Shown: positions 17,711-25,683, counted from the stretch's first letter. The stretch is DNA of 32,000 nt from Xylanibacter ruminicola 23 (GCF_000025925.1 NC_014033.1:2070001-2102000); one strand, 5' to 3'. Program-made: numbers and translations. The notes: generated by a model from the sequence alone, not told the origin.

Positions 17711-17768
17711 CAAAAAAGCCAAAAATTAAGCGCCTGATGGTAGCCTCAACGCTACTCACCAGGCGCTT
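17711..17768 (-). terminator. Rho-independent terminator closing the RloB/ATPase operon
   Basis: 9-bp outer stem AAGCGCCTG/CAGGCGCTT (17728-17736 / 17760-17768) plus 5-bp inner stem GTAGC/GCTAC. On the minus strand it is followed by AATTTTTGGCTTTTTTG. Confidence 0.7.
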
Positions 17769-17802
17769 GTTATTACTCGTACTGGTTCTTTCGCTTATGA
17801 TG

Positions 17803-18384
17803 TCACGAACCTGTCCCTTGGCTTTTTGACTCATCCTTTTTCAACAACTCTATTAATTTATATACCCCAGTGGATGGGTTCTGCAACTCCTTAAGATTCA
17901 TTGCCCTTGCAGTTGCTGTATCAATATTGCTCTTCAAAAAAGCTTCTTGCGTATCAGTAAAGTCCGTCTTCGAATAATTCCTCCAAACAGTCGCACTCTT
18001 CTTTAGTTCTTTAATGAGCGCATCTGTCGAAATAGCACTCTTTTGATCTTTTGCATGAAGCAGTATCCATATCTCGAAACAAGGATTACTAAGCAGCATC
18101 TCAGCTTTGCATGCCAATAATTTCTCATTAATAGATGGTACATCCATGTCATACATCAGGAACGTGTGTACCTTATCATATTTTGAGAGCTTGAGTTCCC
18201 TAGTGCGATTGTCTACAAGAGACTGCGTAATTTTAGTTCCTTCAATATGCGACACGATTCTAATTGGCGACTTATACCACTTCTTCAGGAGGTTTATATA
18301 GCGTTCTTCTGTTTCGCCCTCGCAGATTACAAGAGCAATTTTGCGCATCCGCATGGATGGGGATGGTTCTCTTTTACTTGCCAT
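17803..18384 (-). CDS. RloB-like (Toprim-like) protein, AbiLii-like partner of the upstream ATPase
   Basis: N-terminal IALVICEGETEERYINLL and central LLSNPCFEIWILLHA match my recollection of the RloB family signature. The ATG at 18384 lies 2 nt after the ATPase stop. Confidence 0.75.
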   Translation of the reverse strand: MASKREPSPSMRMRKIALVICEGETEERYINLLKKWYKSPIRIVSHIEGTKITQSLVDNRTRELKLSKYDKVHTFLMYDMDVPSINEKLLACKAEMLLSNPCFEIWILLHAKDQKSAISTDALIKELKKSATVWRNYSKTDFTDTQEAFLKSNIDTATARAMNLKELQNPSTGVYKLIELLKKDESKSQGTGS

Positions 18385-18386
18385 AG

Positions 18387-19616
18387 TCAACCTTCCAATA
18401 ATTGTTTGATACTAGAAACCGATGAATCTACATATGGTACAGCATCAAAACGCCCCTGCAAATAGCCCTTTTCGGCATCCATATTCTCGCGAAAATCCTT
18501 AAAGTCGTATAGTGAATATACATCTGTCGCTCCCTCTTCAGTCTTATTCACAAACACAATCTGGTCACGTCTCAACCTCCTTACATCAATTAGGTTCGTA
18601 TTGTGCGAGGTAAACAGTAATTGACTACTTTCGGAAGCGTGAATCAAATCCAGGATAAAATCAGCAAGGCGAGTATGAAGTCCCATATCAAACTCGTCCA
18701 TGATAATGCCTTTCTTATTCTTCACAACATCCAGCAAACGGATAAGAATCTGGAACAACTTTCGTGTACCATTAGATTCTTCCATATCCATGTCGAACAT
18801 AACATCCTTCTGATTGCGGTGGAATGTCTTAAATCTAAGTACATCCACTAACTTATACGACATCTCTGGTTGCCCAGGAATAGCTACAGGGGCAGGTACC
18901 TGTTCCTTTCTTGCCTCTATATCAGTAATATCTGTATCGCTTATCTCCAGAGCCTTAAGGATAACCTTTTTGTAAGTATTAAAGCTATCCAGCATCATCA
19001 TATCATTTACATTCACAAGTCCAAGAAGGAACTGATTCATGAAATAGCGATAAAGCTTTTGAGCAATCTCACGATTCATAGAACTGGCACGACTAAGGAA
19101 AAGATTCTTCACGCTCGTATTAGTGGCAACATCCGAAGGCTTTACCATTACGCCGGTACCAAAGCTATATTTCCCCTCGGCGTCACGAACAAAAACTTTT
19201 GCCCTCCTACCAACAGGATAATAATACAGACTTTCACTAAGAATACGCTCGCGAGTAAGTTCAAAGGAATATTCGTATTCCACATCCTCACATACAAAAT
19301 CAATCAAGAATTTGCTTGGTTTATTCTGCCATCCATCAAACTTAAATGGCTCGAAATTAAAGGTCACGCCCTCATTATGTAGGTGCGACTCAAGAATCAT
19401 TCTACAGCAAAAAGTGATAGCTTTCAGGATATTTGACTTACCTGAAGCATTAGGGCCAAACAGCCCAATCGATTTAAGCACAGGCACACCTTTCCACTCC
19501 ATAACATTGTGACTCAGCTCTCGAGCAAGTGCTGTATTAATGCTTGCAGCCCTAAAGTCAATCCTGATTCTGTCTCTGATAGAGAAGAAATTCTCAAATT
19601 CGATTTTAAGTATCAT
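18387..19616 (-). CDS. AAA_21/ABC-type ATPase, AbiLi / PARIS AriA-like
   Basis: N-terminus MILKIEFENFFSIRD, Walker A GPNASGKSN, Walker B IIMDEFDMGLH, and downstream LLFTSHNTNLID. Start trimmed from the ORF-track TTG 19646 to ATG 19616. Confidence 0.8.
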   Translation of the reverse strand: MILKIEFENFFSIRDRIRIDFRAASINTALARELSHNVMEWKGVPVLKSIGLFGPNASGKSNILKAITFCCRMILESHLHNEGVTFNFEPFKFDGWQNKPSKFLIDFVCEDVEYEYSFELTRERILSESLYYYPVGRRAKVFVRDAEGKYSFGTGVMVKPSDVATNTSVKNLFLSRASSMNREIAQKLYRYFMNQFLLGLVNVNDMMMLDSFNTYKKVILKALEISDTDITDIEARKEQVPAPVAIPGQPEMSYKLVDVLRFKTFHRNQKDVMFDMDMEESNGTRKLFQILIRLLDVVKNKKGIIMDEFDMGLHTRLADFILDLIHASESSQLLFTSHNTNLIDVRRLRRDQIVFVNKTEEGATDVYSLYDFKDFRENMDAEKGYLQGRFDAVPYVDSSVSSIKQLLEG

Positions 19617-19643
19617 TACATCATTGATTTTGTAGATTTTCTG

Positions 19644-19651
19644 CAAAAATA
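19644..19651 (-). promoter_or_regulatory. -7 promoter box TATTTTTG upstream of the ATPase/RloB operon
   Basis: Plus strand caaaaata, reverse complement TATTTTTG, 28 nt upstream of ATG 19616. Confidence 0.45.
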
Positions 19652-19742
19652 CAACTTTAATTTGATTTTTGTACAGTTTTACATAAAAAAGTAGTTACAA
19701 CACACCTATTTTTAACAACGGTTAATAATTCAACAATATTTT

Positions 19743-19973
19743 TTATTCATATTGATTCTTACGTTTATACTCTTCCATTAGCGACAAGAGTCTTCTAAAC
19801 ATTTCAAGTCGTTCTGGTTTCATTTTACCAGCATTAAGAGCCTTCCTATTCGCCTTTAGCCAGTTAAGCATATCATGATCTTCAATCCGATGGCGGGATG
19901 GATTGCGGTGGTTGCTATCTATGTAATCAACCACCTCATTGTATCTTGTCAACCAACGTTCGTCTTGCGTCAT
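19743..19973 (-). CDS. Helicase-associated (HA) domain minigene
   Basis: 76 aa. The W...Y...V..Y...N.RNPS.......L.NWL..NRK..NAGKM..ER...F..LL pattern fits a single HA-domain repeat. Confidence 0.6.
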   Translation of the reverse strand: MTQDERWLTRYNEVVDYIDSNHRNPSRHRIEDHDMLNWLKANRKALNAGKMKPERLEMFRRLLSLMEEYKRKNQYE

Positions 19974-20052
19974 ACTTCAAACAATCAACTTCAGACTTCT
20001 AGCTAATGCCCCCTTAGCTACGTAGACTTCTGAATTGACCGTTTACTCAACT

Positions 20053-21024
20053 TTAATTAGCACCCTCTTTATCTGAAGATTTATATAATAGGTAATACTT
20101 GTTAATTCGTCGGACTTTAAAAAACACAATTATTATTGTTGGCAATAAACCAATTGCCAATGGAACGCTTAATCCTAATAAAAATGACATAGAACGAAGA
20201 TTCATCCGCTTATATTGAAATACAGGAACATACCGTTTTCTAAATTCATCAATATTAATTTTTTTCGGTCGTAATTCAAGACAAAAATCTTTTATTGAAC
20301 GACTATTAAGTTCTATCATATTATCATCAGAAACCATACATGAATATTCCATTCCTGTTTCGCAATCTTTATAAATCACATCATCAGAATTATCGAATAG
20401 CAACACGCCTCCATAAAACAAAGACAAAACTATTACATTTGCTAAAACTAACAAATAAAAACGTCTCATCGGGATATAACTACGCAACTCATCCCCTTTT
20501 TCAACATCACATGTATTTTGAATACGATGAGAAAAAGTAATCTTGCGATGTAAGTCATTTAAGGAAGACAATTTCTTCTCATTCTCATATTCCACAAGTG
20601 CTTGGAGCTTTATATATTCATTAACACGAAATAAACCAAAACACAAAGAGGCATTTCTGTTGGTTTCATTTGTTATCGAGAATTGAGCATCAACACCCTC
20701 GGAACAAGAATCTATCTTAACATCTAACCACTTATAACCTTCTGGAAGACACATATGAACCACGTTATTACTTCCTGTCAAATCGGCATCACCATTACAA
20801 GAAATGATTCCACTCAGTAATATTACATTATTTCTTATTGGTTTGTCATTCTTAAGGACCTCTATACTATCAAAACCCTTGATCAAGTTCCAATATATAT
20901 TGATTGTTTCAGAAGGATAATATGTCAACTTGCATGGTCGACGCTTTCTCTTAAACAAATCAATAGATAAAACTCCAAAAACAATTGTCGCAATTAAACC
21001 AAGTATTCCAATAATCATTTCCAT
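20053..21024 (-). CDS. Hypothetical membrane protein with three predicted TM helices
   Basis: 323-aa ORF in very AT-rich DNA. Hydrophobic segments IIGILGLIATIVFGVLSIDLF, FYLLVLANVIVLSLFYGGVLLF and FLLGLSVPLAIGLLPTIIIVFF. No family recognised. Confidence 0.6.
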   Translation of the reverse strand: MEMIIGILGLIATIVFGVLSIDLFKRKRRPCKLTYYPSETINIYWNLIKGFDSIEVLKNDKPIRNNVILLSGIISCNGDADLTGSNNVVHMCLPEGYKWLDVKIDSCSEGVDAQFSITNETNRNASLCFGLFRVNEYIKLQALVEYENEKKLSSLNDLHRKITFSHRIQNTCDVEKGDELRSYIPMRRFYLLVLANVIVLSLFYGGVLLFDNSDDVIYKDCETGMEYSCMVSDDNMIELNSRSIKDFCLELRPKKINIDEFRKRYVPVFQYKRMNLRSMSFLLGLSVPLAIGLLPTIIIVFFKVRRINKYYLLYKSSDKEGAN

Positions 21025-21224
21025 CTATTCAGATATTAATACTATTAATTTAAAAAAATGCTACTAAATCAAAATGAAAGAACCAGCCCCTAAGGCATCT
21101 ATAAGTACCTGTATCATATCCGTAAATCCAAACATTCTCATTATTCGTAATACTCGTAGTCCCTTATTGATTTCCGATATCAGAAACTCTCCTCCATCCA
21201 TCTCCTAAAGAGAGGAAACGGCCA

Positions 21225-21503
21225 TCATTTCTCATAATACCCCTTTTCGCTATACTGAGACCAGCGGAGGTACATCTCTTGATAATGTTCCTTGATAAAC
21301 TCAGAGATTTTGGAAATCTCACGGTCATTGAGAATGCCGCGATTCTGGAGAACGGTATCACCGTTGTTCTTAACGAAGAATTTTGCTGATCCACCCTCGG
21401 TTAGCTTACTGTCACTAGCATGCACATGCATACACTCCACAACACAGAAAGAAGTAAAATACAAGTAATAACCTGCCACTTTAAAATCATAGTACTTCGG
21501 CAT
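21225..21503 (-). CDS. DUF4160-like small protein
   Basis: 92 aa. MP start, aromatic beta-strand region and the MHVHA His motif resemble DUF4160. Starts 3 nt after the preceding gene. Confidence 0.55.
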   Translation of the reverse strand: MPKYYDFKVAGYYLYFTSFCVVECMHVHASDSKLTEGGSAKFFVKNNGDTVLQNRGILNDREISKISEFIKEHYQEMYLRWSQYSEKGYYEK

Positions 21504-21506
21504 CGT

Positions 21507-21728
21507 TCAGTCCTCCATAAATTTAAGATTCTGTTTGAGGTAACGACTGGCTATGGATAGTTCGATATCGTCCATAGTAGTTTCCAGCACCTCACCATCC
21601 AAACTGAACACAACAGCCTTATCAGGACTGTTCAGGTTAAGCACATGTATACAATCATCCTTGCGGGTAAATGCATACCCATTAACAATTATATCTGCCC
21701 CATCGGCAATGCTCTTAATATCAGGCAT
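21507..21728 (-). CDS. Hypothetical small protein (73 aa)
   Basis: Tightly packed between the two neighbouring genes: 8-nt overlap upstream and 3-nt gap downstream. No family recognised. Confidence 0.5.
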   Translation of the reverse strand: MPDIKSIADGADIIVNGYAFTRKDDCIHVLNLNSPDKAVVFSLDGEVLETTMDDIELSIASRYLKQNLKFMED

Positions 21729-22029
21729 AAGCTATACGTACTTTTTTTATTGGTTTTAAAAAGGTTTCTGAATCGATATATAATCCCTCGAGAATTGGCT
21801 TCAAGTCAATGTACTCCTCCTCGGGTTCTGCATTATGGATATACTTGGCCAGCACCACCAGATAGCCATTATCCCACTTCACAACATCCACATACCTTTC
21901 CAAGCTATATGGTGCTTTGAAACGGATATGATACCCTCCAAAGCAGAAAGCAGTAAAGCCATCCGAATTACTAAGAATAGCTTCATTACTACAACTGGTA
22001 GAGTTTTTTGATATCGATGTTGTTACCAT
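21721..22029 (-). CDS. Hypothetical small protein (102 aa), first gene of a three-gene mini-operon
   Basis: ATG at 22029, preceded by a TATCTTTG box. Overlaps the next gene by 8 nt. No family recognised. Confidence 0.5.
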   Translation of the reverse strand: MVTTSISKNSTSCSNEAILSNSDGFTAFCFGGYHIRFKAPYSLERYVDVVKWDNGYLVVLAKYIHNAEPEEEYIDLKPILEGLYIDSETFLKPIKKVRIAYA

Positions 22030-22061
22030 AACAATATTAGCCTTTCGTATTATTTTCGTCG

Positions 22062-22069
22062 CAAAGATA
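22062..22069 (-). promoter_or_regulatory. -7 promoter box TATCTTTG upstream of the small-gene trio
   Basis: Plus strand caaagata, reverse complement TATCTTTG, 33 nt upstream of ATG 22029. Confidence 0.45.
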
Positions 22070-22080
22070 ATAATTTATTC

Positions 22081-22165
22081 TCAAAATTATAGCATCTTAT
22101 ATTCAAAATACGCCAAAATTATATCAAATTATATTAAAAACATCAAAAATTATACTAAAATTATA
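22081..22165. repeat. Five direct copies of (C/T)AAA(A)TTATA within 85 bp, just upstream of the trio promoter
   Basis: Copies at 22081-22091, 22114-22123, 22125-22133, 22144-22154 and 22155-22165. Several reverse complements read TAATTTTG, which itself matches TAnnTTTG. Confidence 0.6.
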
Positions 22166-22213
22166 GTAGGTTATCCCATTTTTAGAAGTTCACTTATATT
22201 TCAAACACCCCGC

Positions 22214-22239
22214 AAAAAAGAAAACCAGCACTCATGCTG
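22214..22239 (-). terminator. Weak terminator candidate after the Abi-alpha operon
   Basis: On the minus strand: CAGCA-TGAG-TGCTG (5-bp stem) followed by GTTTTCTTTTTTG. Confidence 0.35.
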
Positions 22240-22309
22240 CCTTTCCTTTATTCAATTCGTATTGAATCTTCCGTTTGCGCCTTGGCATCCAACGATTTTC
22301 TTGCATCAT
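22232..22309 (-). pseudogene. Internally deleted remnant of an HA-domain minigene
   Basis: Translates to MMQENRWMPRRKRKIQYELNKGKAA. The 5' end ATGATGCAAGAAAATCGTTGG resembles ATGACGCAAGACGAACGTTGG of the 19743-19973 gene. The 3' end AAACGGAAGATTCAATACGAAT resembles its AAACGTAAGAATCAATATGAAT. Confidence 0.5.
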
Positions 22310-22349
22310 AGAAAGAGAGTATCATTATAACATTTGTAGATTGTTCGTC

Positions 22350-23132
22350 TCATTCAATACACGCATTCAGAAAAAGTCTGCCAAAAGGCGTTAAGCGAAT
22401 AAAACTTTCCTCAACATCTATCGATTTAAACTTTTGGGGAACAAGTTCATTTCTTAAATCGTCTAACCCATTTTTCTTATTAATAGCATCATAGTTTTCC
22501 CTGTATATCTTATATTCACCAGACATATCTACGAGAAGCCCCAGGCTTATAAGATTATAAATATACGCATTCATATTTTGGGGAAATGTAATTTTCGCAT
22601 TATCATCCAGCAATGTCAAATGTTCTTTCAGTTTAACAAACCCTTCAGCATCATTCAAATTTGCATTGTAAGAACAATATTCCCAATCTCTTTTATACTG
22701 AAAGCATCTCATTATCCTCGCTTCATCTGGAGAGATTCTCTCTATAATTGATACAAAAGATGGGTGTGCAGTATTAACCATATCCACACTTGAAGCATTA
22801 GCCAACAAAGTTGTAAACATGTCGGCAATTTCTTCATTTGTTGTGTAAGTAAGCTTCTCAATAATTGGTGTTCCTAATTGGGGATGAACCTTACATCTCT
22901 TTTCCTCAGGAATCTTTTCCAATTTTTCTTTATAATCATCAAGATTCTTTTTAAAAGTCATTTTCAACTTCTCATTTTTCAACTTTAAAGGTAACAATAT
23001 TGCAGTACTAAACTCAAATACAGTACCTAAAGCATTACCAATGGCCCTCACACTTGGCTGTGCCAAATCTTTATAGATCTCTCCCAGAATATTTGGGGTT
23101 GCTTTTACTATGTCAACTATTTCATTTTCCAT
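22350..23132 (-). CDS. Abi-alpha (DUF4393) family abortive-infection-like protein
   Basis: 260 aa. The N-terminal region (IVDIVKATP...YKDLAQPSVRAIGNALGTVFEF...IPEEKRCKVHPQLGTPIIEKLTYTTNEEIADMFTTLLANAS) follows the Abi-alpha family pattern as I recall it. Starts 1 nt after the upstream gene. Confidence 0.7.
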   Translation of the reverse strand: MENEIVDIVKATPNILGEIYKDLAQPSVRAIGNALGTVFEFSTAILLPLKLKNEKLKMTFKKNLDDYKEKLEKIPEEKRCKVHPQLGTPIIEKLTYTTNEEIADMFTTLLANASSVDMVNTAHPSFVSIIERISPDEARIMRCFQYKRDWEYCSYNANLNDAEGFVKLKEHLTLLDDNAKITFPQNMNAYIYNLISLGLLVDMSGEYKIYRENYDAINKKNGLDDLRNELVPQKFKSIDVEESFIRLTPFGRLFLNACIE

Positions 23133-23133
23133 T

Positions 23134-23793
23134 TTATATTTTATCTCTATTGTTGATTGATTTTTTTACTGAATCTGGTAAGATTTCGTACAACGACTCG
23201 ATTTCTTTTGGTTCAGAAATCATACGTTCAGTAATCATATTAATAAGGTGCATTAACGTAATTGCAGTATTCATATCATCAACATCGAAAGATATCACAC
23301 CAGGGTGAACAGCTTTATTACCCACAACACGGACTACATCCAATGCTTGTTGAATGATCTTTGGAAGCCCTTTCATAACAAGAGCACCAATATTATTATT
23401 AATATCTCTATCTACTTCTCCAAGCTCATTACATAGTCTATCTATCGCCAAACGCAATAAAGCGCAAGCAGCCCTAGGAGACTTATTATATATAAGTCCA
23501 GCTTCATTGTAGAGTTGTTTCACCCTTTCGGGCATATCAACATTAGGTTCTTCAGCAATAATATCAGGATACACATAGGTATTGTTAACCCAGATAATCT
23601 TTTTCCCACAGCTAACACATCTTGCTATAGATAGTTGATTACTGTATTCTACTATATTACCGTCCTTTGTAAAGACATTACTAGTATCCTCATTAAAATA
23701 ATGAGTAGCCCAGGTCATTAATGACAAAGTATGGCAATGAGGACACGTAAAGGATTTCTTCCTTTTCTCTGGTGCGACATATAAATTTCTCAT
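23134..23793 (-). CDS. Zn-ribbon + DUF4145 (HEPN-like) domain protein
   Basis: N-terminal CPHC...(41 aa)...CVSCG cysteine pairs. DUF4145-like core PRAACALLRLAIDRLCNELG and an R-x2-GN-x3-H motif (VRVVGNKAVH). Confidence 0.65.
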   Translation of the reverse strand: MRNLYVAPEKRKKSFTCPHCHTLSLMTWATHYFNEDTSNVFTKDGNIVEYSNQLSIARCVSCGKKIIWVNNTYVYPDIIAEEPNVDMPERVKQLYNEAGLIYNKSPRAACALLRLAIDRLCNELGEVDRDINNNIGALVMKGLPKIIQQALDVVRVVGNKAVHPGVISFDVDDMNTAITLMHLINMITERMISEPKEIESLYEILPDSVKKSINNRDKI

Positions 23794-23835
23794 ATCACAA
23801 ATGATTACAATCGCAAATTAAAATCACAAAAAGCA

Positions 23836-24273
23836 TCAAATCATCCCAAACAACTTTTCAGCCAGTCTCTTATTTGCTTCCTTCTGACCTATTGCATCCA
23901 AGTCATCATTATAATTTTTCTTTATCCATACCAGTTCGGCATTTATACTCTTGGCATAATTATCCAAAGCCTTACGTCCCCTCCCCTTTGTTCTTGTAAC
24001 AGTAAAAAGGATATCACAAGGATTCTGCTCAACAAACTGAATATTTGCTTTAACAATATCATCAGTATCTCCAGGAGGACATATATCCACAACGATTCCA
24101 TGTCTATCAACAGACTCACACATATCCTTATCTTTACCGAACTTCACTTCTGCATCAGAAATATTAATACCATGAAGCAGACTTCTAAGAAATATTCCTA
24201 GCGTCTCACTTTTCCCACATTTCCCTCTACCGTATAATCCAATAATCTTCATATATTTTTTGTTTTTTATCAT
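23836..24273 (-). CDS. Small P-loop NTPase-like protein (145 aa; start may be the second Met at 24252)
   Basis: Walker A GRGKCGKSE near the N-terminus and a candidate Walker B IVVDICPPGD. Lies 42 nt upstream of the DUF4145 gene. No family recognised. Confidence 0.55.
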   Translation of the reverse strand: MIKNKKYMKIIGLYGRGKCGKSETLGIFLRSLLHGINISDAEVKFGKDKDMCESVDRHGIVVDICPPGDTDDIVKANIQFVEQNPCDILFTVTRTKGRGRKALDNYAKSINAELVWIKKNYNDDLDAIGQKEANKRLAEKLFGMI

Positions 24274-24287
24274 TCTATTTTCCGAAG

Positions 24288-24295
24288 CAAATTTA
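24288..24295 (-). promoter_or_regulatory. -7 promoter box TAAATTTG upstream of the P-loop/DUF4145/Abi-alpha operon
   Basis: Plus strand caaattta, reverse complement TAAATTTG. It lies 15 nt upstream of ATG 24273 and 36 nt upstream of ATG 24252. Confidence 0.45.
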
Positions 24296-24485
24296 AGAAA
24301 AAAAACCTATACTTCCAAATTAAATGCGCGAAAAATTGCTAAAATACGGCATAATATCGCTCCATCCGGGGCTTTTACTCTAAAATTTACAGCAAATTAA
24401 TCTCGATTACAAAGAGAATTCACCTTTTATTATTAAAAAAGCATTATTTTTATCCACAATCGCGAAGAATCTGAAGATTTTTATG

Positions 24486-24493
24486 TAATTTTG
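24486..24493 (+). promoter_or_regulatory. -7 promoter box TAATTTTG upstream of the M42 peptidase block
   Basis: taattttg lies 10 nt upstream of ATG 24503, which implies a very short leader. Confidence 0.4.
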
Positions 24494-24502
24494 CAAATTG
24501 AT

Positions 24503-25537
24503 ATGGAATCATGGTTGAAAGACATATTGCACAAGATGCTACTGACAGCAAGTCCGTCAGGCAGCGAAGAGCAAATCACAGCGCTCTTTGCTGAGCAGTT
24601 ACGTCCCTTTGTAGATGAAGTAACCACCGACGTCAATGGCAACTGCATTGCCCACAAACAGGGCACTGGGCCAAAAGTTATGATCATGGCGCATGCCGAT
24701 GAGATTGGCTTAATGATTAGTTACATTGATGATCGCGGTTTCCTATATTTCAAAGAAATTGGCGGTATCGACACAAATCTTCTCCCCGGTCAGCGTGTAA
24801 ATATCATGGGGCAGCAAGGCCTTGTAACAGGCGTTATAGGCAAGAAGCCCATACATCTTCAGGACAAATCCGAGAACACCAAGCAGCTCGAACCAGAAGA
24901 CCTTTGGATCGATATTGCCGCCAAAGATAAATCAGAAGCACAATCCAAGGTTCAGATTGGTGATGTAGCCACTCTCCAAGGAAATCCTGTACAACTTAAT
25001 GACACCCTTCTCATGTCCCGATCACTAGATGACAAAATCGGTTTGGCAGTCTTGATGGGTCTGGCACAGAATTTGCAGTCCCTGCAAACAGATAAGGACA
25101 TCTATTTAGTGGCCTCCGTACAGGAAGAATTAGGTGCACGCGGTGCAAAAATGATAACTGAGGCTATACGCCCAGATATAGGCATTGCCATTGATGTAAC
25201 CCATGCCACTGACTATCCCACCATGTCACCCACAAAAGATGGTGACATCAGCCTAGGCAAAGGTGCTGTCATCCCTATGGGGCCTAACATGAGTAAAGGT
25301 ATCAACCAGCAGCTCATCAGCTTGGCAAAATCCAATGGCATCCCCTATCAGATAGAGGCCATTGCCCGCCCCACAGGCACCGATGCCCGCGAGATACAGG
25401 TTGCCGGCACTGGCATCCGAACAGGATTGATCAGCATTCCCTGCCGATATATGCACACCCCTTCGGAAGTTGTATCATTGGCAGATGCAGATAGTGCAAT
25501 AACCCTATTGTCGGCTTATTTGCACACTCGAGAATAG
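24503..25537 (+). CDS. M42 family metallopeptidase (FrvX/YsdC-type aminopeptidase)
   Basis: SPSGSEE near the N-terminus, MAHADEIGLMI, SRSLDDKIG and VQEELGARGA are M42-type motifs. Start trimmed from TTG 24491 to ATG 24503. Confidence 0.8.
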   Translation: MESWLKDILHKMLLTASPSGSEEQITALFAEQLRPFVDEVTTDVNGNCIAHKQGTGPKVMIMAHADEIGLMISYIDDRGFLYFKEIGGIDTNLLPGQRVNIMGQQGLVTGVIGKKPIHLQDKSENTKQLEPEDLWIDIAAKDKSEAQSKVQIGDVATLQGNPVQLNDTLLMSRSLDDKIGLAVLMGLAQNLQSLQTDKDIYLVASVQEELGARGAKMITEAIRPDIGIAIDVTHATDYPTMSPTKDGDISLGKGAVIPMGPNMSKGINQQLISLAKSNGIPYQIEAIARPTGTDAREIQVAGTGIRTGLISIPCRYMHTPSEVVSLADADSAITLLSAYLHTRE

Positions 25538-25572
25538 ATAACATTATGTCAAACTAAAAAACGATTGAAAAG

Positions 25573-25683
25573 ATGAAAGAGAATTTTTCTATTTCTTTCG
25601 ATTGGGAAGTTAAGACAGCTGAAGATACAGAGCGCATAGGCGCCATGTACTGCTTCAAGCGCTGCGACGTAAACCAGAACTAA
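25573..25683 (+). CDS. Candidate RiPP precursor peptide (36 aa), absent from the ORF track
   Basis: ATG at 25573 to TAA at 25681-25683 translates to MKENFSISFDWEVKTAEDTERIGAMYCFKRCDVNQN. It has an acidic leader-like N-half and a C-terminal CxxxC. It lies about 100 nt upstream of an RRE+SPASM radical SAM gene. Confidence 0.5.
   Translation: MKENFSISFDWEVKTAEDTERIGAMYCFKRCDVNQN

Noticed and set aside
21164-21394. 76-aa minus-strand ORF overlapping the DUF4160-like gene in another frame
   Set aside because: It overlaps the better-supported 21225-21503 ORF, has no start context, and its translation has no recognisable features.
24503-25537. M42 peptidase as the dedicated leader peptidase of the putative RiPP
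   Set aside because: This is not supported beyond adjacency and a shared strand. M42 aminopeptidases are common housekeeping enzymes. I kept it only as a possibility inside the main finding.
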